From an uncultured Cytophagales bacterium (GTDB taxonomy: Bacteria > Bacteroidota > Bacteroidia > Cytophagales > Cyclobacteriaceae), in the NCBI GenBank assembly GCA_964514385.1, contig CAZEQJ010000011.1:14295-78294 (forward strand): 64,000 bases of DNA, written 5' to 3'. Position numbers and translations under genes: made by a program. The notes below the pieces were generated by a model, which saw only the letters and a program-made list of their open reading frames with translations, did not search any database and had not been told where the DNA came from. Of the stretch, positions 18,227 to 29,800 are shown one piece after another (positions within the stretch are counted from its first letter, which is position 1; every line of letters begins with the position of its first letter).

Positions 18227-19903
18227 CTAATTATTGATATCAATAATATCTTTTGGTATCACGATACCTTCACTGAACCGTACGGTTTCCATACTTGGTA
18301 TCAGAAATGCATTGGACCGTATACCTACAACATCTGGCTGGCTTACACGCAAATTATCCCTGTAATATAGCGGAATGACAGGGCTGTCATCGAGTAATAT
18401 CTCCTCCATCTCGGCGTGCAGACGATCAGACAGATCACCGACTGTCATCAGGCTTTGCCGATACAGGGAGTCAAAATCCGGGTTGGTATAATGCATATTA
18501 TTATCCTCTGATAAGCTGTAAAACTGATCCAGAAAGGCACTGGGTGATGAATAAGACGGGCTAAAGGTATATGGACTAAAAGGAGCATTCAGTAATTCAG
18601 CACGCGTCTGTTTTATACTGATATTCAGAGTGACACCAATGGCAGACCACGATTCCTTAAGAAACTCAGCGAGCTCCAGATAATCCCTGCTGATCGTAAG
18701 CGTCAGAGGGGCTATCGAATCCATATCGATGCCTGATTGCTCCAGCAACAGCCTGGCTTTGTTGATATCATAGCTATATCCTCTTATCAGGTAGCTGTCA
18801 TACAATACCGGATGCACAACCCCTGATGTGGCCGGGTCACCGAGATCTTTCAGCACCTGGTTTACAAGGCGCTCACGGTCGATTGCATAATTTAATGCCT
18901 GACGAAACTTGTAGTTGCTAAGCGGACTTTCTTTGATAATCGTAGAGGTCAGGTCAAGACGTATAAATGTGGCGGAAAGATCAGGTATCTTCTGAACCAG
19001 GAATACGCCTTCCCAGTCTTCCCTTATTTTTCCGTTATCATCCAGCAGCATTTCAATATCAGCATCATCTATACCAAATAACAGGTCGATGTCCTTTTGC
19101 AGGAAAGCAAGCAATATTTCACTCCATTTGCTTTTGAATGACACATCGATCACCTCCAGGTATGGAAGCGGTTTACCGTATTCATTCTTCTTCCAGTAAC
19201 TGCTATTCTTTTCAAGGAGCATGCCATTGTTTACATCAAGAGATTTCAGGAAAAAGGCACCCGTGCCTACCGGTTTATTTTTAAATGTATTCCCATAGGC
19301 AACAGCCGGCTCCCGAGGCACGATGCCTGTCCACGGCATGGCCAGTACGTATATAAACGGTGAAAAAGGACGGTTGAGATGGATCGTAAATGAGTCGGAT
19401 CTATGTATGGTGAGTGGGTCATCTCCGAGGTATTTCCTGAGAAACTGCTGATAAGGACTTACACGTTCAGGATCGAGAATGCGCTCAAATGTTTGTTGTA
19501 CATCAAGTGCTTCAACTCTTTTGCCCTCCCCGCCGGGAAAATTGGGATCGTCGTGAAAATACGCCTCCCGAAGCCTGATGTGTATATTCATTCCACTATC
19601 ATCGACAAGGTAACTGTGAGCCAGCTCAGGAACAGGTTCAAACCGATCATCAAGGGTAAAAAGTGAATTATAAAGTTGTGTGACAGCCCAGAAATCTCCT
19701 GGTGTTACAGCCAGTGAAGGGTCCATCACCGGAAGTCCTTCCGGAATATTGTACCTGAAGATAGTGCGGTTATCCTTTTCCTGATCCGTATTGGTGGTAC
19801 AACCTGCTACCCACCAGAAAAATAAAATTGCCACCCATGCATTTATATTCATACCCAAATCCCGGACTAACGGTGATGTTTTATTATACTTTTTTAAAAC
19901 CAA
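18227..19903 (-). CDS. ABC-transporter substrate-binding protein, family 5 (peptide/nickel type), orphan
   Basis: The length and the pattern of conserved blocks (e.g. LAHSY, WKKNEYGKPLPYLE, FRQALNYAIDRE) fit SBP family 5. No permease gene is adjacent. Confidence 0.75.
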   Translation of the reverse strand: MVLKKYNKTSPLVRDLGMNINAWVAILFFWWVAGCTTNTDQEKDNRTIFRYNIPEGLPVMDPSLAVTPGDFWAVTQLYNSLFTLDDRFEPVPELAHSYLVDDSGMNIHIRLREAYFHDDPNFPGGEGKRVEALDVQQTFERILDPERVSPYQQFLRKYLGDDPLTIHRSDSFTIHLNRPFSPFIYVLAMPWTGIVPREPAVAYGNTFKNKPVGTGAFFLKSLDVNNGMLLEKNSSYWKKNEYGKPLPYLEVIDVSFKSKWSEILLAFLQKDIDLLFGIDDADIEMLLDDNGKIREDWEGVFLVQKIPDLSATFIRLDLTSTIIKESPLSNYKFRQALNYAIDRERLVNQVLKDLGDPATSGVVHPVLYDSYLIRGYSYDINKARLLLEQSGIDMDSIAPLTLTISRDYLELAEFLKESWSAIGVTLNISIKQTRAELLNAPFSPYTFSPSYSSPSAFLDQFYSLSEDNNMHYTNPDFDSLYRQSLMTVGDLSDRLHAEMEEILLDDSPVIPLYYRDNLRVSQPDVVGIRSNAFLIPSMETVRFSEGIVIPKDIIDINN

Positions 19904-19923
19904 TAGGATTCAATACCGTTACT

Positions 19924-19931
19924 TAACTTTG
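19924..19931 (+). promoter_or_regulatory. Bacteroidota -7 promoter box upstream of trxA
   Basis: TAACTTTG matches TAnnTTTG and lies 37 nt upstream of the trxA ATG. Confidence 0.4.
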
Positions 19932-19967
19932 TAAAAAAAATGATCCTGCGTAAAAATTTAATTAAAT

Positions 19968-20291
19968 ATGGGAAAACCTATTGAAATAACAGACGATAAC
20001 TTTGAGGAAATCCTCAAATCCGATAAGCCGGTAATGATTGATTTCTGGGCAGAGTGGTGTGGTCCCTGTAAAATGATCGGTCCTATTGTCGAGGAAATGG
20101 CTGGTGAGTTTGATGGCAAAGCTGTCATTGGTAAAGTAGACGTAGACAATAACCCTAATGTGTCTGCTAAATTTGGCATCAGAAGCATTCCTACTCTTCT
20201 TTTCTTTAAAGATGGTGAGATTGTAGACAAGCAGGTAGGTGCAGTGCCCAAAAGCATTTTATCACAAAAGCTGGAATCTCAGGTAGCCTAG
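19968..20291 (+). CDS. trxA: thioredoxin
   Basis: Active site WAEWCGPCK; 107 aa. Confidence 0.95.
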   Translation: MGKPIEITDDNFEEILKSDKPVMIDFWAEWCGPCKMIGPIVEEMAGEFDGKAVIGKVDVDNNPNVSAKFGIRSIPTLLFFKDGEIVDKQVGAVPKSILSQKLESQVA

Positions 20292-20298
20292 TTATTCG

Positions 20299-20322
20299 GC
20301 CCGTCAAATGACGGGCTTTTTT
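20299..20322 (+). terminator. rho-independent terminator of trxA
   Basis: Stem GCCCGTC, loop AAAT, stem GACGGGC, followed by TTTTTT. Confidence 0.75.
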
Positions 20323-23122
20323 ATTTTCTCATAAAAGCAAACTGTATACTTTCCATGTCCGGACGCTCTGCACGTTCATTAAAGCGGAAAGGTATTGTGG
20401 GATTACGGATTTCTTCTACCAACCGTATCAACTCTTTTTCAAATAATGGAATATAAGGTTTTGCATCCACTATCGGTTGTTTATTGATCATAATTCTATA
20501 GTCAAAATCTTTTTTGAATAACTCCTTGCTGATAAAAAGACCCGGCAATAGTTTCATTTGATTTTCGGGGTGATTGCGCTGGTATAAAAAAGCATAGGCC
20601 AATGTCTGCAAAGCGGCTTTATTGCGTTTTTCGATCGGAATAAATAGATCTGCAAGTTCACCCCTAACATCACGTTTATCCCCTCCGGTTTTATAGTCAA
20701 TTAACCTTATCACATCACCAACCTGATCCACACGGTCGATATTTCCTTTAAACCGGAAGGCAAAACCATCGGTTGTAGCAAGATCAACATTATATCTGGC
20801 CTCATTGGATATAATTTTTAGCGGAAGGGCATTGAAATCAAGATCTACGATACGATTAACAAAGTTTTCTATCACTGATTTTACTACCAGATGGTGCCCC
20901 TCGTATTCAAAGCTGCTACTTTTACGCTCATTTTTCTTGAAATAATCACGAAATGCCAGCTTTATTGCTCCGCTGACACTCCCCCTGATCTGCAGCAGTT
21001 GATTTTGCTGAAGGGTCTGTCCTTCAAAATACTGGTAGAGGTATTCAATAGATTTATGCAACAATGAACCAAAATGCCGCGCATCGATGATACGGTTTTT
21101 GTTCTCAGGTGTATTGATGCGCATTACAGACTGCAAAAAAAAGGTGATGGGGTCATCAAGGTAATTATTGAGCGCTGTTGGGCTTATGCCTTCCTGTAAA
21201 AACCTGTCGATCTGATGCAGTACATAGTCCGATTTCTCGATTTCATTCAGAGGGTTTTGGTTCACTTTCACATCACTGCTGATGGTATGACGACGCACGG
21301 GTAACCCAGACTCAATCTCAAGCTGCAACAGAAACCGGCTTTGTTCACCGTCGCGAATATCGTCTGACCCCGTTTTATAAAAAAGATGCAAATGCTGCGA
21401 CCGCTGAAGAAGACGATAAAACAGGTAGGCAAAAATACTATCCTGCTGATCTGTTGTAGGCAGGTTGAATGCTTTTCGTACGCTAAACGGAATGTAGGAA
21501 GAGCTATTCTCAACAGATGGAAAGACCCCTTCATTGAGCCCCATGAAAAACACATACTGAAAATCGAGGTTACGTGTTTCGAAGACACCCATCACCTGCA
21601 AACCTTCCAGCGGCTCACCGCTAAATGGTATCCGCATTTCATTCGCAAGCTGCCTGAACAGCTGCCTGAAAAAGGGCACATCGACCTGAATACTATTTTC
21701 CTTCAGCAACTGACTCAACCGCCCAAGGTGAGCAGTAAGGTGACTGAGATACTCTTTCTCCAACAGAAAATGTTCCTGCTGTTCATACCAATCGTAAATA
21801 ATCTGAATGACGTCTTTTAAATAATCCAGTATGCTGCCATCCGGTATTTGCCGGAATATACGCGCACAAAGTGGGGATATATCAGCAATCTGATGAAGAT
21901 GAAAATAGAGATCGTCTTGCTGTATAAGTTGCCGGATTTCCTTTTTCTTATCACCATCATGGCAGTTGAGAATAATCTCAGTACCAAGGATAATGCGTAC
22001 TATATCGCGGTATACCTTCTGATCATTCCGCATATACTTTTCCTGTAAGAGAAGTATATTTTCTGAAAGGCTGTAAACCGGTGTATCCCGGATAGGAAAT
22101 CCCATCGTTACATTGAGTCTGGAAAGGTTTTCCGGAAGGCTATTCAACACCGGGAAAAGCAGATTTTCATCAGGCAGCACAATGGCAATTTGTTCCGGCT
22201 TTACATCCTGACTGAGCAGTTCACCAATCTTAATACCGATCATCTTCACCTGATCTGTAATGGTGCTGGCAGCATATATGTCAAGCTGCTTCTCCTTTAC
22301 TATATTTTCAGGGAAATGCTCCGGAAAGGTTTTTTGAAAAACCCGGTCTTTCATGTACCCTCTGAAAAACCGTCCGGCCTCCTGCCTTTCATCTTCCATG
22401 TAATAATGATCCAGATCCCAGTAAATACGTGCACCGTATTCATCGGCCAGCACCCTGATCAATCGGCTTTCCGTTACCTGTAGCGCATTGAACCCGACAA
22501 ATACCATTGTTTTGTTAGAATACAGCTCCCGGAACTTTTCCTTTTCCACCACCTCACGATATACCATGCCCGGATAGGCCATACCACTTTTCCTCAGCGA
22601 TGCCTTATATTCGCTGTATATGGGATAGAGCTTTTCCCATGTGATCATAAACTTATCATCACTGGATTTATGTAGGGCATTCGTCCAGAAATTTCTTAAA
22701 AAAGCGCGTTGTGACTCGGTAAGGAAATCAAAAAGGGAATCAATTTCCTTCAGGTTACGGACCACACGGAAAAGATGATTTGCATTCACCAGGTTCTTGT
22801 CGATGGTATCGAAATCAGAAACCAGCATATTGCCCCAGTAGAAGAATTCATGAAAAGGCTCATTGGTCGGGATATGGCGACGATATATCTGAAAGAGCTC
22901 GAATACAAGCGTTATGTTATCAGCATAAATCAGGTCATTACAGGCCTGAAATAAATCCTCGATGGTAATGCATTGCGGTGCCCATACAGGCTGGTTTGTT
23001 ACCTGCGACAGGTATTTATTAAAAAAAAGTGAAGCCCTTCGGTTCGGGAATACAACTACCACATCTTCCGGTTGATGATGCTTCAATAAGTCAGCTGCAA
23101 CTTGTTTTAAGAAGGGCATCAT
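20321..23122 (-). CDS. PD-(D/E)XK nuclease subunit, AddB-like
   Basis: C-terminal nuclease motif GNIDRVD...RLIDYKTG. Overlap-coupled (ATGATG/TGA) to the upstream UvrD-type helicase-nuclease. Confidence 0.7.
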   Translation of the reverse strand: MMPFLKQVAADLLKHHQPEDVVVVFPNRRASLFFNKYLSQVTNQPVWAPQCITIEDLFQACNDLIYADNITLVFELFQIYRRHIPTNEPFHEFFYWGNMLVSDFDTIDKNLVNANHLFRVVRNLKEIDSLFDFLTESQRAFLRNFWTNALHKSSDDKFMITWEKLYPIYSEYKASLRKSGMAYPGMVYREVVEKEKFRELYSNKTMVFVGFNALQVTESRLIRVLADEYGARIYWDLDHYYMEDERQEAGRFFRGYMKDRVFQKTFPEHFPENIVKEKQLDIYAASTITDQVKMIGIKIGELLSQDVKPEQIAIVLPDENLLFPVLNSLPENLSRLNVTMGFPIRDTPVYSLSENILLLQEKYMRNDQKVYRDIVRIILGTEIILNCHDGDKKKEIRQLIQQDDLYFHLHQIADISPLCARIFRQIPDGSILDYLKDVIQIIYDWYEQQEHFLLEKEYLSHLTAHLGRLSQLLKENSIQVDVPFFRQLFRQLANEMRIPFSGEPLEGLQVMGVFETRNLDFQYVFFMGLNEGVFPSVENSSSYIPFSVRKAFNLPTTDQQDSIFAYLFYRLLQRSQHLHLFYKTGSDDIRDGEQSRFLLQLEIESGLPVRRHTISSDVKVNQNPLNEIEKSDYVLHQIDRFLQEGISPTALNNYLDDPITFFLQSVMRINTPENKNRIIDARHFGSLLHKSIEYLYQYFEGQTLQQNQLLQIRGSVSGAIKLAFRDYFKKNERKSSSFEYEGHHLVVKSVIENFVNRIVDLDFNALPLKIISNEARYNVDLATTDGFAFRFKGNIDRVDQVGDVIRLIDYKTGGDKRDVRGELADLFIPIEKRNKAALQTLAYAFLYQRNHPENQMKLLPGLFISKELFKKDFDYRIMINKQPIVDAKPYIPLFEKELIRLVEEIRNPTIPFRFNERAERPDMESIQFAFMRK

Positions 23123-26100
23123 AATACATTCACTATTTTTGATTCAAGGGCATAAATCAGGTACCCCTCTACCTTTTTTTGTGGGTACATTTCACTCATA
23201 AACCGCATATACTGTCGTATCTGATGATCATCTTCTTTTTTTGGATAGCCAGTTTTGTAATCAATTACAACCATCTGCGTTTTGGAAGCCACTACCCTGT
23301 CGAGCCGCAGCTGGTTTCCGTCAGGCAACAACAAAGCCTGTTCGGTATAAACATCCCATTCGGTTGAAAACCATTGTCGCACTTCACTGTCTTTGGTTAT
23401 GAAGTCGAAGAATGCAATGAGCTGATTTTTTTCATCATGTGTCAGGCTACCATCAGTATCCAGTTTTACCTTTACTTTTGGGATATCATCAAGTGTGCGC
23501 ACGATTGCCATATACTGATGGAAACGGGTGCCGAATAGAGCTGCAGCGGAAGAATCATCACTGAGTTTCATAATATTTCTCCGTATTGTGATCTTGTTAT
23601 TCCATCTGAAATATGGGAACTCTGTATGTTTAAGCAGGGATAGCGATGACTTTGACGCTCTGGCAGGTGGAGTCAATTCTCCATAACACCATCTGAAATG
23701 AGGGCTGTCAATCACAAAATCACCAAAATCAGCCTTTTCCACTACAGTACGGACTTCAGTTGCTATGTTATTTTTATCTTCTCTGCCATGCACGATAAGG
23801 GCATTTGCTGCCCTTGTAAAGGCGACATATAAAAGGTTAAGGTTATCAAGGTATGCCTTATTTTTTTCTGATCTGTATTCTTCAGCATAGACCGTTTTGT
23901 CCATTCCGGATGTGTACATAAGGGGAAAAAGACCCTTTTCATCGGGTAAAAACTTTTGTATTTCTACCCACATCCATTCCTTATTGGAGCTGTGATCCGT
24001 TGACCAGCTCACTTCAGGAATAATGACGGCCGGAAACTCAAGACCTTTGGCCTTATGTATGGTCATGACCCGGATAGCTTCTTCATCTTCGGGAATATCG
24101 ATGGCTTTGGATTTTCCAATAGTTTCCCACCATTGTAAAAAATTATATAAGTCAGACCCCTGTCGTACCATAAATTTCCATACCTCATCCATGAATGCTG
24201 CAAGATAATTATGTTCGCCCGTCAGGCTGGATATGTTGAAGGCATCTGCTATCCTTTCTGCCAGGTCATACAATGGCAGCTGCTTCCACTCCCTGACATG
24301 CGTAAAAAAACCTGAAGGTAAAAATGGGCCCAGGCTATCCTCAGATGAACGACCGTAAAGTGCCTTCACAAATGTCGTTAGCTTTTTGCCTCTGACGGAT
24401 GTCTGGTAGTCATAAATAATATTAGCCATCGAGAATTTGTCCCTGGGATCGGCCATATATCGGATCACATTGACAATGAGGCGCACCGAAACCGCCTGCG
24501 CGAGCATAAGTGCCACGTTGCTGACAACACGGTATTTTTCGGATTCCGCATTCTCCATCCTGTTCCTTTTATCCAGGATGATACGTGCCAATGCAGCTGC
24601 TTCATTGTTATTGCGTACAAGAAAGCAGATATCTGAAGGACTGAAGCCACGGTCAAATAACCTTTCCAGATCACCTAACACTATGTCTTCCAGGCTTTTC
24701 TCAGTATCCTTAGGGTATAGTGAGATGTCTACATAACCGGCATTCAGATCCTTTTTTGACTGCTGGGTGACATCAGCATAGGTGGCATTTAGTATCTCAT
24801 CTTCCATTTTATTCACCAGGGTCCTGAAAAAGAAATTGTTGAACTCCACCACTCTGCCGTCGCTGCGCCAGTTTGCAGACAGGATTTTTTCATTTACCTG
24901 GCCTAAAAACGACCGGGGCACCTTATCCACCATCAGTTCAGCATCTCCTCCCCTCCATCGGTATATAGCCTGCTTAGGATCTCCAACAATGAGGCTGGCA
25001 TAGCCACTGTCGACACTTTCGCGTATAAGCGGGAAGAAGTTTTGCCATTGCATGGTACTGGTGTCCTGAAATTCATCCAGCAGATAATGGTTGTACCGGG
25101 TGCCAATTTTTTCAAGAATAAAGGGCGTCTCCTCATTATTGATGATTTTGTGGAGAAATACATTAAAATCAGATATCAACAGCACTTCGTTTTCGCTCCG
25201 GTAATGCGCAATTTCCTGTTTAAGGGCACCGAATAATCCATAGGAATATAAATGTTTACGCATTTCAATCGCTGTTGCATACGCCTCGTTGTTTTCCTGA
25301 TAATAGCTTACAAGATCATTCAGCAATTCGTACAGGCCGTTGTCGCGTGCAGCTGCGATATCTTCCTTACGTTTCGTAGTGGTACCGACCCATTTATCCC
25401 GATCATCGACCGCCTCTTGAAGCCTTTTGCCAATTTCCTTGCTGTAATCGCCTTTTAGGGAGATGGCAGACTGCATAAATCCTTTTTCTTTATGAGGGAA
25501 GTCTTCAGCATGCAAGCCAAAGTCAGCCAGCTTACGGATTAGCTTATTGCAGCGGTCGTCGATGGATTTTCTGAATATTGAGATCTTATCATCAAGCTTT
25601 GCCCTGATCTGTTCATAATTAAGCTCATTGCCTTCCACATTATCTGCCCTGAAATAGGCTTCATCGAATAGCTCATTGGATAGATTTTCAAGTTCATTAC
25701 GAATATCCCAACCTCTTCCCTCCTGTATTCTTTCAGTTGCATGTGCTATCATCCATTTCAGTATATCCTGATCCTTGTTCAGCTTATCGATCAGGTTTTC
25801 TATGATGGATTTCAACACCAGATTCTGGTCAATTTCGATACTATGGTTACCAAAGAGGTCAATTTCCCGGGCAAAAGATCTTATAATTTTGTAGAAGAAG
25901 CTGTCAATGGTGGTAATAGAAAAATAGGAATAATCGTGAAGCAGATTATTCATCAGGTTATTTGCACGGCGTCTTATCTCCGGTTCATTTACAGAGAGTT
26001 TGTCACAAAGAAGCGAAAGGTATGCACTCTCCTCTCCTTCAGCCAGCTGGTGAAGAGCTTTAAGCACCCGTGATTTCATCTCATGGGTAGCCTTATGCGT

Positions 26101-26241
26101 AAAGGTGACTGCAAGTGTTTGTTTCCAGTTTACTTCATCAGAAAGGCTGAGCAACAGGTAATGAAATACCAGTGAAAAGGTTTTGCCTGATCCGGCGGAG
26201 GACCGATAAAGCGTTAAGCCGTTTTCCATATTAGTGGTCAA
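23119..26241 (-). CDS. UvrD/Rep-type helicase with a C-terminal PD-(D/E)XK nuclease, AddA-like
   Basis: Walker A SAGSGKTFSL, motif II DEFQDTS, and C-terminal LDRVV...VIDYKTG. Confidence 0.85.
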   Translation of the reverse strand: MTTNMENGLTLYRSSAGSGKTFSLVFHYLLLSLSDEVNWKQTLAVTFTHKATHEMKSRVLKALHQLAEGEESAYLSLLCDKLSVNEPEIRRRANNLMNNLLHDYSYFSITTIDSFFYKIIRSFAREIDLFGNHSIEIDQNLVLKSIIENLIDKLNKDQDILKWMIAHATERIQEGRGWDIRNELENLSNELFDEAYFRADNVEGNELNYEQIRAKLDDKISIFRKSIDDRCNKLIRKLADFGLHAEDFPHKEKGFMQSAISLKGDYSKEIGKRLQEAVDDRDKWVGTTTKRKEDIAAARDNGLYELLNDLVSYYQENNEAYATAIEMRKHLYSYGLFGALKQEIAHYRSENEVLLISDFNVFLHKIINNEETPFILEKIGTRYNHYLLDEFQDTSTMQWQNFFPLIRESVDSGYASLIVGDPKQAIYRWRGGDAELMVDKVPRSFLGQVNEKILSANWRSDGRVVEFNNFFFRTLVNKMEDEILNATYADVTQQSKKDLNAGYVDISLYPKDTEKSLEDIVLGDLERLFDRGFSPSDICFLVRNNNEAAALARIILDKRNRMENAESEKYRVVSNVALMLAQAVSVRLIVNVIRYMADPRDKFSMANIIYDYQTSVRGKKLTTFVKALYGRSSEDSLGPFLPSGFFTHVREWKQLPLYDLAERIADAFNISSLTGEHNYLAAFMDEVWKFMVRQGSDLYNFLQWWETIGKSKAIDIPEDEEAIRVMTIHKAKGLEFPAVIIPEVSWSTDHSSNKEWMWVEIQKFLPDEKGLFPLMYTSGMDKTVYAEEYRSEKNKAYLDNLNLLYVAFTRAANALIVHGREDKNNIATEVRTVVEKADFGDFVIDSPHFRWCYGELTPPARASKSSLSLLKHTEFPYFRWNNKITIRRNIMKLSDDSSAAALFGTRFHQYMAIVRTLDDIPKVKVKLDTDGSLTHDEKNQLIAFFDFITKDSEVRQWFSTEWDVYTEQALLLPDGNQLRLDRVVASKTQMVVIDYKTGYPKKEDDHQIRQYMRFMSEMYPQKKVEGYLIYALESKIVNVL

Positions 26242-26293
26242 GTTTAAAACATAATACGTAAAACTATTACCTTTAACTCAAAATAATAAATAA

Positions 26294-26890
26294 ATGGACA
26301 ACACCTTCTGGAATGCCAAATATGCAGGTGAGGAATATATTTATGGGACTTTGCCCAACGCATTTATGGCCGCGCAAATAAGTCAGATCAAGCCGGGTAA
26401 AGCATTGGTGCCGGCAGATGGTGAGGGTCGGAACGGTGTGTTTCTGGCCACTCAATCATGGAAGGTTACCGCTTTTGATATCAGTGAGGTAGCGAGAGAC
26501 AAAGCGCTGCAACTGGCAAAAAAGCATAATGTATCAGTAGATTACCAATTAACAGGATACGACAATTTTGACGCTGAAGATGAAAGTTTTGACATGCTGG
26601 TATTATGCTTTGCGCATATGCCACCACATAGACGCAGGGAATGGCACAGGAAATTGGTATCCTACCTTCGCCCCGGTGGGCATCTCATCCTTCAGGGCTT
26701 TCATAAAGATCAGCTCAGATTCCAGTCCGGTGGCCCAAAAAACATTGACATGCTTTTTAGTGCAGAGGAGTTGAGGGAAGATTTTGAGGGATTATCTAGT
26801 TGCAGCATCAAGGAACACCAAAACGTTTTGGATGAGGGCGCCCATCACCACGGCATGGCCGCATTGGTATCTGTATATGGCATTAAATGA
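26294..26890 (+). CDS. class I SAM-dependent methyltransferase
   Basis: Motif I-like VPADGEGRNGVFLA and acidic loop AFDIS; 198 aa. Confidence 0.7.
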   Translation: MDNTFWNAKYAGEEYIYGTLPNAFMAAQISQIKPGKALVPADGEGRNGVFLATQSWKVTAFDISEVARDKALQLAKKHNVSVDYQLTGYDNFDAEDESFDMLVLCFAHMPPHRRREWHRKLVSYLRPGGHLILQGFHKDQLRFQSGGPKNIDMLFSAEELREDFEGLSSCSIKEHQNVLDEGAHHHGMAALVSVYGIK

Positions 26891-26891
26891 T

Positions 26892-29800
26892 TCAGGCTTC
26901 TATACCCTGATAGGACCGTAATATATCGACCACCTTATCTGATTCTTCGATATACCGGTCAAGCATTTTTTCGAGATTCTTTTTATTGCTGGTAGCATTC
27001 ATTTCCATGTCCAGGCATACATCTGCAAGTTCTTTAAAACCCAAAGCCAGCGCGCTGCCTTTTATTTTATGTGCCTGTGCTTTTATGGCCTGATGCTCAT
27101 TGTTATGGATGGCTTCACCCAAGAGGGTTTTGCCTTGTATAAACATCTTCTCTGATATAGCCAGCAAATGTCTTAGAGCATCTGTATCGCCATTTACAAG
27201 TTGGTTTAATTCGTCAATTTTATTGTTTGCCTGATCCTCAATCTCAGTTCTGACTATTTCAGCGGAGGTGATCTTATCTGTCCACCTGATCAGGGTCTTC
27301 TGAAAATCATCCTGTTTGATTGGCTTTGACATATAATCATCCATGCCTGCATTCAATGCTTTTTCCCTGTCCCCTTCCAGTGCTCCGGCGGTAAGGGCAA
27401 TGATAATGGTATCTTTACCTTCCTCAAGTTTTCTTACCTGCCTGGCCAGCTCATAGCCGTTCATTTCAGGCATCTGAATATCGGTAAGTACAATATCAGG
27501 TTGTAACGCCTTGAATTTTTGCAGGGCTGACTTTCCATTGGTAGCTTCATATACCATAAAAGGACCTTTCATTCGTTCGAAAAATGACCTTACCAACACC
27601 ATATTCAGCTCATTATCCTCTGCTACCAGTACCTTTAACTGTTTATCGGTTTTGAGTACAGCTTCAGTTGATTCTTCTTCTATTTTTACCTTTTTTGTAT
27701 CAATAGTGGAATCCTTTATTTTACTCAATGCCTTGAGGAATGACTCAAACTGAACAGGTTTTACTAAAGCGAGGTCAATTTTCAGGTTATCCACCTTTCG
27801 CTTATATTCTTCGCTGCTGGAGGAACTGCTGAGAATAACTTTATATATTTTCTTACCCCAGCTTCCGGTAAGCTGGTTTATTTTATCCATGGTTTCAAAC
27901 CCATCCATTACCGGCATATGAAGATCCATAATGATAAGATCCACGTCCTCATCTCCTGATAATATATCAAGTGCACGAAATCCGTTTGTCGCTGATATCG
28001 TCTTGAGGCCGGCTATTTTAAGCATATCTTCAAGTAGCCTGAGATTGGTCTCATTATCGTCTACAATCATTACCTTTTCAAAGCCAAGGTCAACGATTGC
28101 ATCACCCTGATCCTCATAGCTGCAATCCACATCAATATCAAAATAGAACGTGCTGCCTTTGCCGAGTGTACTCTTTAAGCTCAGCTGGCTATCCATCATA
28201 CTCAGCAGCTTGTTGGAGATGGTAAGTCCAAGTCCGGTACCTCCAAACTGACGCGTTGTCGATGAATCTTCCTGTGTAAATGCTTCGAATATTTTTTCTT
28301 GTTTTTCCTTTGCGATACCTATACCTGTATCCCTTACAAGAAAACGTAATTTCACCCTGTCATCTGAAAGCTTATCCAATACCTTAACCTGAAATTCCAC
28401 CTCTCCTTTTCTGGTAAACTTGATGGCATTACTCAGCAGGTTGATACATACCTGCCGCAGACGTAATGGATCAATATTGATATAGCGGGGCAAATCCATG
28501 GGGAGATTCAGGATAAGTTCAAGCTGCTTCTGATGTGCCTGGTATTTGGTGATCTCCGCAATCTCAGCGCCGAGTGACGGCAGGTCGGTCATTTCAGGCG
28601 CAAGCTCCAGCTTACCGGCTTCAATTTTGGAGAAATCAAGTATATCGTTGATAAGGCCAAGCAAAGTTCCTGCGGAGCTGTTGACCGTCTTCATGTACTC
28701 CTGCTGGGTGCCATCCAGTGGTGTTTTCATCAACAGGTCAGTAAAGCCGATAATACCGTTGAGCGGAGTACGTATCTCATGGCTCATGTTTGCCAGAAAC
28801 TCCGATTTAAAACGGCTGGCCTCCTCTGCCTTTTCCTTTTCTACTTCCAACAGATGCTGACTTTTAATCTCTTCAGTGACATCGGTCAGGGTGCCGAACC
28901 AGATGAATTCCCCGGAATTTTCTAGCCATGGCTCTGATTTTAGTTCAAACCAAACCAGATTTTCCTGAAGCCGGTACCTGAAGCGGGCGCTGAAAGGTTG
29001 TATTTTGTTCAGGGCATTCGATATTGTTTCCTTTAATAAATCAATATCATCTTCATGGATATACTCGTAGATATTTCCTACACTGCCCAATACTTCCTCC
29101 TCCTGTTTTTCCAGCATCTGATAGAATACCGGACTTAAAAATATCAGCTCACCATGCTGGTTCATTTTGAAGATACCGACAGATACCAATGATAATATGC
29201 GGTTTAGCTCGGTCGATTTTTCTTCCAGCTTCTGGTTGGCCATTTTCTTTTCATGGATATCCTGAAATAATCCATGCAGGTATTTACATTTTCCATCTTC
29301 AAATTCGGGTATGCCTACTGCCCTGATCCACCGATAATTTCCTTTTGCTGTTTTAATCAGGGCTTCGAGGTCAAAATGCTTTCCATTTTGGATGGCGTTA
29401 TCTACTGCATTGGTGATTATCTCCTTGTATTTTCCCTGGTAGTAGCTGATACCTTTTTCAACATTAGTTTGATCAAAATAATCTACTTCATGGATCTCAC
29501 ATGTGATGGGGCTCCATTGTGTGGACATGTCGCTTAGGTTTACTTCCCACGTGCCGATACGCCCCAATTCATTGGTTTTAATGAATAAGTCGTTAAGACG
29601 CTCCAGTTTTTCGCGTTCTATGACAGATTCAGTGATGTCGTCGAGGTAACCATGCCATAATACGCCACCCGTGACTTTTTCCGGTTTGGAGATACCCGAA
29701 ATATGGCGTATTACACCATTTTTATTGATACGGTATTCCATGACCCAGTTGGTCAGTTCCTGATACGACTGCTGTATAGATTGCTGTACCTGTATCAGAT

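Noticed and set aside
20321-26241. Helicase plus PD-(D/E)XK nuclease pair as a candidate anti-phage defence system
   Set aside because: The architecture (UvrD helicase fused to a RecB-like nuclease, plus a second nuclease subunit, overlap-coupled and flanked by trxA and core genes) matches AddAB-type recombination repair. There are no neighbouring defence, methylase or mobility genes.
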